Positions 10,901 to 22,900 of a DNA stretch of 64,000 nt are shown here, piece by piece. A program made the translations under genes and the position numbers. Numbering within the stretch: position 1 is the stretch's first letter; each line of letters opens with the position of its first letter. Origin of the DNA: Tubiluchus corallicola (Eukaryota; Animalia; Priapulida); contig JAQGDQ010000450.1 in NCBI GenBank assembly GCA_030141605.1, forward strand, positions 62,001-126,000. Reading direction: 5' to 3'. The notes beneath the pieces are model-generated. The model saw nothing but the letters and a program-made list of their open reading frames with translations. It did no database searches and had not been told where the DNA came from.

Positions 10901-13900
10901 TAGGTTTATTATGTCCCATAAACGTAATCCAGGGTAAAGTGTCTTGACTGCTGCTGAAAGTTTCATGCTGATATATGCCTTGTTCATCGTTTTCCCAGAC
11001 GGCTCATGGAAATAAGAATTAGCAGAAACATTTAAATTATTAAATGTCAGAGTTCATGCTTGTCTCGGGGTGCTGGCCTCCATGTGAATATTGCTTTCTG
11101 CTTGCTGAGGTGACCGAGAAACAGGGCCAGGATTTCGAGCCACTTGTATGTCATTAGCGAGAATTAGAAGTAGCAGAATTAGAATTAGAAGAAGATGTGC
11201 TTTGATGATGTTCTTCCGGTTATGTGAAAACAATCAGCTGATCAATACCAATTTGTTAACGTCGTAAGAAACAGTAAGCAGGTTAAGAACATCGCCATTC
11301 ATTGAAAGACAAAACCGGATTAATGATGCGTCACAGGAAAACAATTTGGCTTGGAATGCAGCTATCAGTTGTATATCAAGACAGAAATTGTTAAATTTAG
11401 ATTTTGATTCATAACTTAAATCATAGTTAACTTAAATTTTGAATCACAGCTTAATGGTACTGAATAAGCTAACAGCGCTGTTATCAGATTATAGAAATGC
11501 GTTCACAGTTTTCATATAACGCTCTTTTTTGTGGAATTGATGTATTAGAGGTCGAAAAAATGTATCAAAGTTTTGATCACAATAATTATATTGTGAGAAC
11601 AATGGAATCGCTTGAAAATTACCACACTGATGTTACAGACGCTTCTGTAGCAGCACCATAAGTTTTAGTCCATTCCCTTAAATTTCACCAAAGATACAGA
11701 AGTTTTAAAGCAACAAGTCAAAAAAATAAATATTGTGTTCACTCTTGTTAAAATTTACAGCGGGTTCTCTTTGTGTCCAACATTTTCGCTACAAACTAGA
11801 CGAGTGCGTTTCTAACAGCTGACACACTTTCTTCCTTCCTTAAGCGGGTATGTGGTCTCATCAGTTTTCACTCAACAATTTTTGCCTTTAGTTCCTCTAC
11901 ATCAAAGTCAAATGGCTCTGTGTGGTCGTCATACACTTTTTCTGGAAATTTCAAATACTTGGTTATGGAATTAATATCTGGAATTAGAATCAGTATCTTA
12001 TTTTCTGTGGTAGCAGACCATAACGTAAAATGGTTGATTTTTTATTGTTTTGCTGCCATGTATTAATTGAATGTTTTAAGTGCATCGACGTGACTATTTT
12101 TCACCTGTTGATTGGCTGACATTGTTCCGACACGTGTAGATGTTTTTCAGCTATAACTTAAAAACTATTAAAAGTGTAAATATGTAACTTTCACGAAAAA
12201 CGAAAATTGTTTTATTCCAGTATCACGCTTTGAACTTTGTAAAACACTTGCTTATAATGTTAGTGTAGTTCAAACTTTTGCTCACTTTTTTTTGCACCAC
12301 CGATACATGAACAACAAGAACAAGACAATTATACAGTTATTCACAAGCGAATAAACCAATGATCATTGGTGACTTCTACGGTTCTACCCCGACTTTGTAA
12401 CATTGTGATAGTGGCCTAGGTCAAAGACACTGCCAACTATTCTAACAATGACCAAATTCCAAAGCTCTATAGAATACAAATAAATGAAAATTATACAAGG
12501 CTCTATTATTCAAAAACATCTTGAAGAACCATTTCCTATTAATGATTATTGCAATGATTACTGTATTATTACTACTACGGATTCCCTTGATTGAGTTCAG
12601 CTCTGCTGCTAGACTTTTCATTTACGGTATTGCTAACTAGTTTATTCCAGTCTTTAAACGGGTCTTCCGCTATCAGAGAGACTAAAACAAATTTCTTTTA
12701 ATGCGTGGATTGGGTGAATATGTTTTTGTATGAAGCCAGTTAGCAGATGAAGTGCTAAATACTACAGTAGATTTTACCAGAATTGCGGATTCAAATATTT
12801 CGGGGAACTAGCAATCGCTATGGGCCTATAATCGTTCCAGGCAGTCAAACTTAATTTTCTCTCTCTCGCTATTGTATTGATAACACCGCGCATAATTTAG
12901 AAGGCAGATGGCCAAGCATAGTAGTAAAATATGATGCAAGTAAATTAAGTAAAACACCGGGTGAATACATAAAAGCTTCCATGTTAATGTCATTTAGTGC
13001 ATTGTGCTGACACGTTCATAATTTTACACTACTCTTTGACATGCGGCTTTGAAATAAAAATGTGAATCGAAATGATTTGAATTATTGAACAAGTGCGAAT
13101 TTTTTCGAGTATGGTCACATTTTATTGATAACTTTGACGCAAATCTTTGTGTATTATTTTTCCTGATTGTCAGATTAGTGCAAAACCTGGCTTTATTTTT
13201 CAGTGGATTGCGTTGGACAGTACCATATCACACGATGCAACCGTGACACTGATTTCTTATGATGTTCCACCTCCGCCACAATCTAGATTTATCACACTTA
13301 GAATTGAAAGAACGTGGATTGCTCTTTATGTGAATGATCGGCTAAAAAGGTAAATATTACGTTTCCTACCAAAAGGTAATTACAATCTGTACAAAACAAC
13401 CTTGTAGCAATTTAAAAAAGAGATTGTTAACAATCGTGTAAAGAGAAATCGTTATTGTGTATGTGGTTGGGAAGCTCAAGATGCTAAACACTATTTCTTA
13501 GAATGTAATAGATATGAACCTATTAGGCATATCATTTTAAATTCAATACCCGAAGGTCACCTTCTTTCTGTAGATTTCCTATTAAATGGGAGTGACAGCT
13601 TTGCTGAAGATGAAAATATTTAGTGTAGGCTCATATGTCATGAAATAAAAATTCGTGTATTTTTTTTGGTAAAAGCAAAAACTCACTTGATTTTAAAAGA
13701 ATATGTCATAACCTTTAAAAAAATTAGGGTGCCATTTTTTCTTCGCATTCTAAGGGTTCGAAATCCAAGATGGCGTCCGGTTAGCAATAATGTAATATCT
13801 TCGTTAATACGCAAGATATAATTACAAACAAAGTATACAAATATAGGTTTTCTGACACGAGGAAACCACTGGAATTATCAAATTCATGCTAAAGTTATTA

Positions 13901-16900
13901 CTTGCATGCCGAGTTTTAAGATGGCGACCAAAATAGCAGCCATTTACAGTAAAAGACACGTTGCTCATACTACATGCTGTAAGTGTTCCCCATGAAGCGG
14001 AGCTTGTGGTCAGTTCTCCAGACACAGATGTTTTGTTGCTACTTGTCCACGTGTTTCCACACTTGCCACTTTCTACAGTCTTCGTCACTGGACAGGGCAG
14101 GATGAAGAGGAACATTTCTGTCTGTAACATATACAACAACTTGGGACAAAAGCACGCTTCCGCACTGTTGGGTTTTCATGCTCTGACAGGCTCCGACACG
14201 TCTGGTAGATTCGCTGGCAGAACCAAAGACTGGTGTTTCAAGACGTTCATGTCCTGTGACATTGAGATCTTGGATGCACTAGCAATGCTAGGAAATGAGA
14301 ACGATCTGCCCTCTGATGCATGCTCGCAACTGGAACGCTTTGTTTGTATGCTGTATCGATCAAAAATCTACACAAAAGTAAATGAGCTTCGCTGGTTTCT
14401 CTACTCAAATCGTGCAGCCGAAGGAGAAAACCTTCCACCAACTTCTGGTGCACTGGACTTACATATTCGTCGCGCACATTACATAGCCATGATTTGGAGG
14501 AAAGCTAATGAAAACCATCCAAGCATGCCAACACCTACTGCATTCGGTTGGACATTTGATGCAGGCTCAAGTCACTTCTGTCCTGTTCGATGTTTGAATC
14601 CGCCAGCTCCTGAGGCAATACTGCACCTGATAAAGTGCAAATGCAAACGTGGATGTGAAGGAAAGTGTAGTTGTCGCAAAAACAATATCCCATGTACAGA
14701 AGTTTGTGGATGTTGGGTTTTCACTTGCAGCAACAAAATAAGTCAACTAACGATAAATGAGGAGTGTGAAGACGATTGACGTATGTTGTTAAAGCTACAC
14801 CTATCCACCGTGTGACTTTTTCATTTGGTCGTTCATAAAATAATTGTATTCCATGTGGTCAATACATCGCTTTAATATGTTTGCACATTTTATTTCCAAT
14901 ACTGTATGGATTACGGTGTCGAAATGAGTAGATTTTACTGTAAATGGCTGCTATTTTGGTCGCCATCTTAAAACTTGGCATGCAAGTAATAACTTTAGCA
15001 TCAATTTGATAATTCCAGTGGTTTCCTCGTGTCAGAAAACCTATATTTGTATACTTTGTTTGTAATTATATCTTGCGTATTAACGAAGATATTACATTAT
15101 TGCTAACCGGACGCCATCTTCGATTTCGAACCCTTAGAATGCGAAGAAAAAATGGCACCCTAATTTTTTTAAAGGTTATGACATATTCTTTTAAAATCAA
15201 GTGAGTTTTTGCTTTTACCAAAAAAAAATACACGAAATTACAAATGATCCTACACTAATTGTTCTGATATGAAACGTACTTGAATTTATTGAACGAAAGC
15301 GGGGGTTTAGTGATGACTGAAACTTTTAATATTGTATAAATTTACCACAACTATTTGTACTAACTCGTTTGGTAAGTAGATGTATAATTCAATTTACGTA
15401 GTTTGCTAAAGATGTGCAAAAAGCCTTTATAAGAAATACTTGTTTAAGCCAGGTTTTCAGGCTTGCCTTTTTCTTTCCGTTTGCTAGAACTAACGTGGCT
15501 TCTTACTCATTTTATTGAAACTTGCTGATATAGGAACTCTCGGACGTAAAGGGTCTTTGCGAAATGTCTTAACTACAAGTGCTTCTTCCTGTTCTTTTGT
15601 TGGTACTGGAACACAGGTTACATTTACTTGCTATATCCATATCGCTCAAATATTTTTCACGACTTGTTTCTATCATGGTGTATTTTCTTACAGAACGACG
15701 ACATCTAATCTGGACGATGCATTCAGGTATGGGCTCTGGCGCCATTTGTGTGTGTCTTGGCGGTCGGAAAATCAGCAGGGCAGTGGTCAAGAATTCAATG
15801 TTTACATTGACGGAGTAAAAGTGCATGGTAAGTAAGGCGTTACGGCAACTGCCTTTCGTTTGTGACCTCTTTTTACTACCTTGGGTGTCACGCCACACTT
15901 TTCAGCCTACTGCAGGGAAATAATGAAAAAATTTAATGATTTTTTATTTTTATTATTTTTTTTTGCTGTTTGAATGTGAATGGTGAATTGGTAATACGAG
16001 GTTTTTGTGATAATGAAGTAAAAAAATGTTGATAAATCTGTCAATCAACTAATTGTTATAATACCCTGATTTTTTGTACTCTGATTCTACTTATGTTGTT
16101 TACTAATCCATATAATTTATTTAAATCTTGTGCAGATAAACTAATTTAAGATTTCATTTGTACAAAATGTAACATTTACCGTTTTGCGAACTAAATAAGG
16201 TACACATATATAAAATTACATATAACTAGCCAAACCCGCAAAAAGAATATTGCTCATAAACTCACAACAACTCTCACCACCTACCATCCCGCTCACACCA
16301 CGCCACACCTCCCACATCATACCACAAAAGAACACCACCCACACATAACACCCCCACATTATCCACACCACATCACCCACACCACATCATCAATACCACA
16401 CCACCCAGACCACACTCCAACACACCCTACCACTCCACCACGCCATCCGTGGCACAACACCCACAGCACACTCACCACAACACACTACCTCCCAAAACAC
16501 CACCCTGCCGCACCACCCACACCATACTGCAACACAACACAACACCACACCAACCACACCATACCATAACACCACACCACACCACTCACAGCACACCACA
16601 CCACACCACCCACAGCACAGCACACCACAACACACCACACAACTCCACCAACACACCCTACCACCCCACCACACCATCCGTGGCACACCACCACACCATC
16701 CACAACACACTCAACACACCCACCAAATAACATGACGATGATCATGATAACGACGATGACGACGACACCTACAACACCAATATCAACAGCATAGCATCAT
16801 AGTAAAACCATGCTAAACAATTTTGTACAAAGTTTTAACTGTGTGCTACAGTAAATGCTCTTAAACCTGTCTACCAATGATCAATAATGTGCTGACATTC

Positions 16901-19900
16901 AACATAGTCTTGCTTGCTAATAAGCTAACAGATATAACTTGCACGTACAGTCTATAACACATTAGAACGACGGTTGAGAACAATGCCTGGAACAGCCGCG
17001 AAATCTTTCAAACTCAAAGCCAAGGGATGTTCCAAATAGTGTGCAGCACAAGGGGGGTTGAAAAAGAACTTCGAAATACACCTCTGCCGTTTCGTCCAGT
17101 ATCCATCTCTCTTAAAGGAACTACCAGCACTTTGTAGACCGTTTCGTCCTCTTTCTGTGAGTGTTTTTTTATTCGCCTCCCTTTTCGCTCGGTGGGCCCG
17201 ATTCGAAAACTAAACCCCCAGTGGCAAATCTGTGGGTCTGGACCTTTTGTTTGATGTATAGATTGCCGAAAATGGTACCATCGTTAGAGCTGTAGCCTCG
17301 TCGGTTATGTATCCATATGTAATTGTTGTTGGCATCCTTCTGTCTCGGAAGACAATGGAATATGCGCCAAGAGAGTCCGATCCTTGAACGTCTCCAGGGC
17401 GCACGCCTGGGCAAGGTGTATGGAGATCCTGAGTTGCCCAGACTGCAGGAACCCCCTCTCTTCCTCCCTGGTGTAGTCCAAAGGAAAGCGGAGCGATACG
17501 TTTGGCACCAGGTTGGCTGCAGGAGCTGCCGGAGTCAGTGAGCATGCTGCACTGGTCCGCCTCCGGGGCTCCACTCCTGATTTGAAAAGTTTACTCCTCT
17601 ATACATGGCCGTTGGGTGCTTGACCTCCTCCGCCCTCTAGCCATTGGCTGCTTGTGCAGCTCCTCCGCTTAGTGTCGAGATACAGTGTTGGCATCCCGCA
17701 AACCTACAGCACCTGGTATTCCTAGGCGGTCACCCATCCAAGCACTAACCAGGCTCTACGTTGCTTAACTTCGGTGATCAGACGAGAACCGGTGTTTTCA
17801 ACGTGATTTTGCCGTAGTTATCCATTTATATATATATATACCACCAAAATTAATATATACGATATTTGTGTTTTCCAAAGTTTGGATTACTTGTCAAAGG
17901 AACGATTTGACCTAAATGCGTTCTTCGCGTGAGGCTGTGTGCGTGCGTGTGTGCGCGCGCGCGTGTGTGTGTGCGGGCATGCGTGCATGTGCTGTCACCA
18001 CCATAAAAAATCTACGAGCTCCCCAACATATAATGTAAAAACATTGATGTTGTACTTTGACAATAATTTCAGAGGAGCATCCTACCGGTAGTCGCAAGAA
18101 AAGGAGTGATGACGTTTACTATTCAGTGCCAGGTGGTGGAAGTCTGCTATTTGGTCAAGACGAAGTTAATATGAATGACTCACAAGTCAGTTTCGTGGGT
18201 AATGTAACGGACCTCAGAATGTGGTCAACATTGTTGACCGACGCACAAATTCGTAAGTTTAATTACGTTTCTGAAAGCCTCCGTATGTCAAGTGCCATAT
18301 TTTGTTACCTTGGTTAGAGACGTCGTGGTGGCGATGGCGGCGGTGATGGTGGTAGTGGTAGTGGCAGTAGCAGTAGTAGTCATTTGTCATGCTAACAGAT
18401 GTGCGACGAGCTGTGGTTTGTGAGCTGCTCCACATATTTTGCCAAAAACAGATACGACAGCAGCGTAACACTGACATTTTTTTTAAATCAACTGATTATT
18501 GGTATTGGTTTCTTCACACCGTAGACGAAATCACAGTTGTCGATAAAATAAACGGCATAGATAACATTTCCGAAACAGATCTAGCAATCTTGTTCAGTTT
18601 TGTGCCACGACAATTGAAATTTTATGGATGTATGTATGTAGTTTATTGACTAAGACAAGTTACATGTATACACGAGGAACGAGGTAAATGCCACAATTGA
18701 TACATTAGTGATTTTAGTCCAAATGCCACTTTACGTACGTACATTTCCTACTCAAGGTTATAGCATTAAAAACAGTGTTATGCATACAAGGACATCAGCA
18801 TAAAAGTTGCAAAATTTCACAACATATTATATAACAATTAGGGTGTTCAAAGAAGTGAGTTAAATCAGCAAAGTTTACATTGTCGTAGCTGTTTCTAATT
18901 TTAGATGTTAGGGGGCATTATCTGTACAACGTGTTTCTCAGTTTGAATGTCCCCGCAAGGACATAACCTATTTTCCCTTAGCTGTCTCGCCCATCTACCC
19001 GTTTCTATCCGCAGCCTATGTGACCGAAGACGCATGCTTGTGAAGCTTATCCGATGATGCTCAAATATTGTCGATTCAAAACGAGGAGTTTTGAGACCGG
19101 GGTTCAATTCCAAGTAAGTTACACAACGTGTAGAATTAACCAGATTCCTTATGCGCTGTTCCAATAAAACTCTCTGCTGAGGTATATAGTCTGGCCGGTA
19201 ATTTGCCTGAAGCTGGTCAAGACATCTAAGAAGTTTGCTGCCTGCATTCCTTGCTATGGCGACAGTTTTCATTAAAAGTTCATGGCGAAAAGTATTTCTC
19301 TGAAGTTTTGTCCATGTTTTCTGCTGCCCAGACCGTAGCCAAACTAAAGGGGATGGGTATCCAGATGCAATTAAAGCAAGGTCGTTACAGTAGTCTGTCT
19401 GACGCCCAATAAAGCCTTGATTAACCCCATATACGTAGAGCAAGGCATATAAGTCCTATTATCAGTATTCCAACTCTGGGAGCTGTAGAATATTGCCGTC
19501 AGCAACACACAATCTAGGACTCTTTTCTTCACATAGTAGAGAAAATCTTCGTTTTCCTTCAAAAAAGCATAAAACTTCAAAATATATGCTTTCTTCTGTT
19601 GCATATGATGCTTGACTATTGAATCAGTCTTCCCGTCATCTGTAATAGTAGCTCCTAAATAAACATACGTAGACGTGCGCTTAATTTGCAAATCTGTCAT
19701 TGTCATAGGCTGGACATCGGCTACATCACCGTTTACCACCATAAACTGAGTCTTAGTATGATTCATCGACATCTCATAGTTGTCACAAAATGATTGTAAG
19801 CGCTCCAAATTAATGTTACATTGTTCAGGGTTTGATGCCAATATAGCCGTGTCATCCATCATCAGGAATACACGTGAATCCCCTAACTATTCATTCGTAT

Positions 19901-22900
19901 CAGTGGCCTTCAATGATGTTATAAGTGGATTGGCATAGATGCAGAACAGGACGCATGAGCTCGGAGAGCCTTGCTTTACGCCTCCATTATAGGTAATTAC
20001 ATTTGTTCCTAGCAAGCTTTTTGTTGAATCATACATTGCAGCGATTGCACGTAACATACGGCCTCCACATCCGTGCGACACTAAACAATTCAGTAATTTC
20101 TTTCTGTTTACACGGTCGTACGCCTTTTCAAAGTCAACGAAGACTATGTAAAGCTTCTTTTTCATCCGGATTGCAGAGTCGGTCATTAACCTGACTGTGA
20201 AGATGTGCTCTTCACAGCCTCTTCTCGGTTGTGCCCCTGATTGTTCATTTTCAATGTTTGCCCATAACTTGATACGTTCTGCCAGTATACCGTCATATAT
20301 TTTACAAAGGCTATGAATGATACTTATACCTCGGTAGTTATTACATTTCCTTTCTTAAAAATAACAACCAGTTTAGCTATCGCCCATGTAATCGGGAACT
20401 CATTTTCGATAAAGGCCTTATTGAAGAGATAAACCAGTAAAATTAGCCAGTCATTTCATAAAAAATGCATCCACACCGCCTGGGCACAGTCTAGTCCGAC
20501 ACCTTTACCTGGGTCCTGTTCCCGGATTTGTTCCGCAATTTCTTCCATTGACATTGGGTCGTCAAGAACAGGAACATACAAAAAGTCTCTGTCGCCAAGT
20601 AGATCTTATAAGCTGCTCCCGTCATGCCTATTGGTATTTAGAAGCATTTCAAAATGTGTCGCAAACTCACGGTCACTTGGCCGCTTTTCATCCACTCTTT
20701 CCATTACAGCTCCTTTCCAGTTAATTGCGCGCCAAATCCCTCTCTCGTCCTTTATATTCTTTAAGTAGTCCCACCGGTTGTAGCTCCGACGTGGAGCAGT
20801 TGAGAAGCGAGGTTTTAAACAATTTAAAGTAGTAGTATACAATAATTCTGTTACCGTGATACTTAAATTGTCAATACTCTGTCGTTCATCATAACGTGGA
20901 ACTGGCAGTTTCGCCATTGTGATAATCCGTTTGGCCTAAAATGCTGTAAATGTCAGGATGGCAAGATTATCACTACAACACTGGTGCTAACACACCATAA
21001 ATACTTAAAGAAACAGCAAGCTTTATTTGATCTAAGGCTGTGGGTCCCTGGCGAGCTTCCTTAACGTGAGAATCTAACATTATCAGAACAGATAGACAAA
21101 CGACCAATTAGCTATAAACTCAATATTATTTAACATAGGAAAAACACATTTGAGAAATAATAAACAAATATATATTACAAATTATAGTTTGGCTACTGTC
21201 TTTAATTTTACCCGGGGTTTTTGAATGTATCACAAAACACCATAAACTGTACTTATCGCAAGTCTCTGTGCACACGTTGGCTAGCTAGCTTAACCTCGTC
21301 ACTGTCGCTGTCGACGGCGGCGCGTACTGGAACACTCTGACGGCAGGCTTCCCAAACGGTAACTTCAGGGTCAGACAATTAGGTGACAGCAGGCGTGGCA
21401 TTAACTCCATCAACTGAGGAATGCGCTGTATCAAGTCCGGCGTATCTGAAGACACTGACAGGAAGACCGACCACAGGCTGGTTCTCTGAGAACTACCAAT
21501 AGTCCATTTCACGACTTGGTCTCCTCCACCATAAACGACAAAGTCTCTAGGGGCTTCCTAAATAACGGACAGCCCAGGATCGCAAAGACTGAGTATAGCC
21601 AGTGTAAAAGTACTCTGTTTCTGTTGAGGAAATTCCATTAATAAATGCAATATTGTCCTTTAAACTAAGAACTGATAAAACTCAAGTAGAGCAACCATAT
21701 TGCAAAGCCACACTTTCCACACCTTGCTCTGTGGCCTCGTTTTTCCAGGTAAAACCTGTTTGCTCTATGCTGAATGGCTGCATAACAAGTAAAGGTTGGT
21801 TCATCACCTAAATCTGACCAATCAAACGGGTTATAAAGAGTAGCAGCTGTGAATGTCCTATTTATCATCACTCAGGATTGGGGTGGTCAAACTTGCCAAA
21901 TAAGGAAGCACACCTGTCAAGTTCATGTCCCTGGTTTCTTTCTTTGATAAACAAAGTTGACAGTAGATATCACTACTATACTAGCCTGAGAGATAATAAT
22001 TACATATATAAACAAAATAAACTTTTCATTTAGCACTACAAAATTAAACTCATTGGCGCTACTCCGCTTAACTTAGCAAACTTAATTGTAGAAATTTAAT
22101 TAGTATGATAAAATGAGAGCACTATTGTATAGGGCTGTCACAGCCATCACTCTCCTGAATCTTTCCGTATCAAAATCTTTTAGCTTTATAAGCTTTTTCT
22201 TCTTTTTCGGAGCATCAACAGTGTATCCGTTCATTAATATATCCATTCTTTCCGCAAGGTGTAGCACATTGAACCGATTGGTTGCCAAGCATAAACTAAT
22301 GGGGGCGTGGTTAGATGGATACATGTTTTCGTATAATACTTAGAAAGATTCTATCCTCTCCATAAGGAATCTCCTCTACAGCTGCGAAATCAAGCTGCGA
22401 AACCCATCTGTGTTTCATTCTAAAACTAAGTCCACCCCCAAAGCACCTCCTCTTAATGCATAAATGATTTACCAAGCACAAGTTGTTATCTTTACATAAG
22501 TTAATTAGTTTATGCACGTAATTTACATAAAGAAAGTCATCCCACAAGGCAGAATAACAGACAGTCTATGGAAACGAACGTCGTTTGTCCTGATAAAGCT
22601 TCGAGCCTGCAAGCAGTGCAGCCCTTTTTAAAAAAGATATTCCTGTTGCTGCTATGTTTTCCAAAACAAAACGGTAGCAACTCAGCAAAAATTCGCAACT
22701 CTTTCTCCAGCTGCAGATTTAGTTGCTTAATGTGTACTGTTGTGCAAATTCATAAAAATAAATATTGCGACGTGGGTCTGTGTCAATGAGCCACAAAATA
22801 AAAACACGAAAAGAATCTAATTAAAGATTACTTACCTTCCTCTATTTGGTTGCGTCCCTTATATAATTATAGTCTTTGCGTCTAGCCAATCAGTCACTTT

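Noticed and set aside
13941-13965. Exonisation of the Academ ORF into the pentraxin mRNA via TTTACAG at 13949
   Set aside because: Splicing from the phase-2 donor at 13349 would be out of frame with the Academ ORF.
16390-16745. Cys/Val/Gly- or His/Thr-rich ORFs
   Set aside because: Translations of a CAC-rich low-complexity repeat.
17085-17150. Two GGACGAAACGG words (minus strand) resembling hammerhead cores
   Set aside because: No CUGANGA box upstream. More likely subterminal repeats of a DNA element.
18400-22700. Weak inverted similarity between 18400-18490 and 22620-22700
   Set aside because: Too degenerate to call TIRs by eye.
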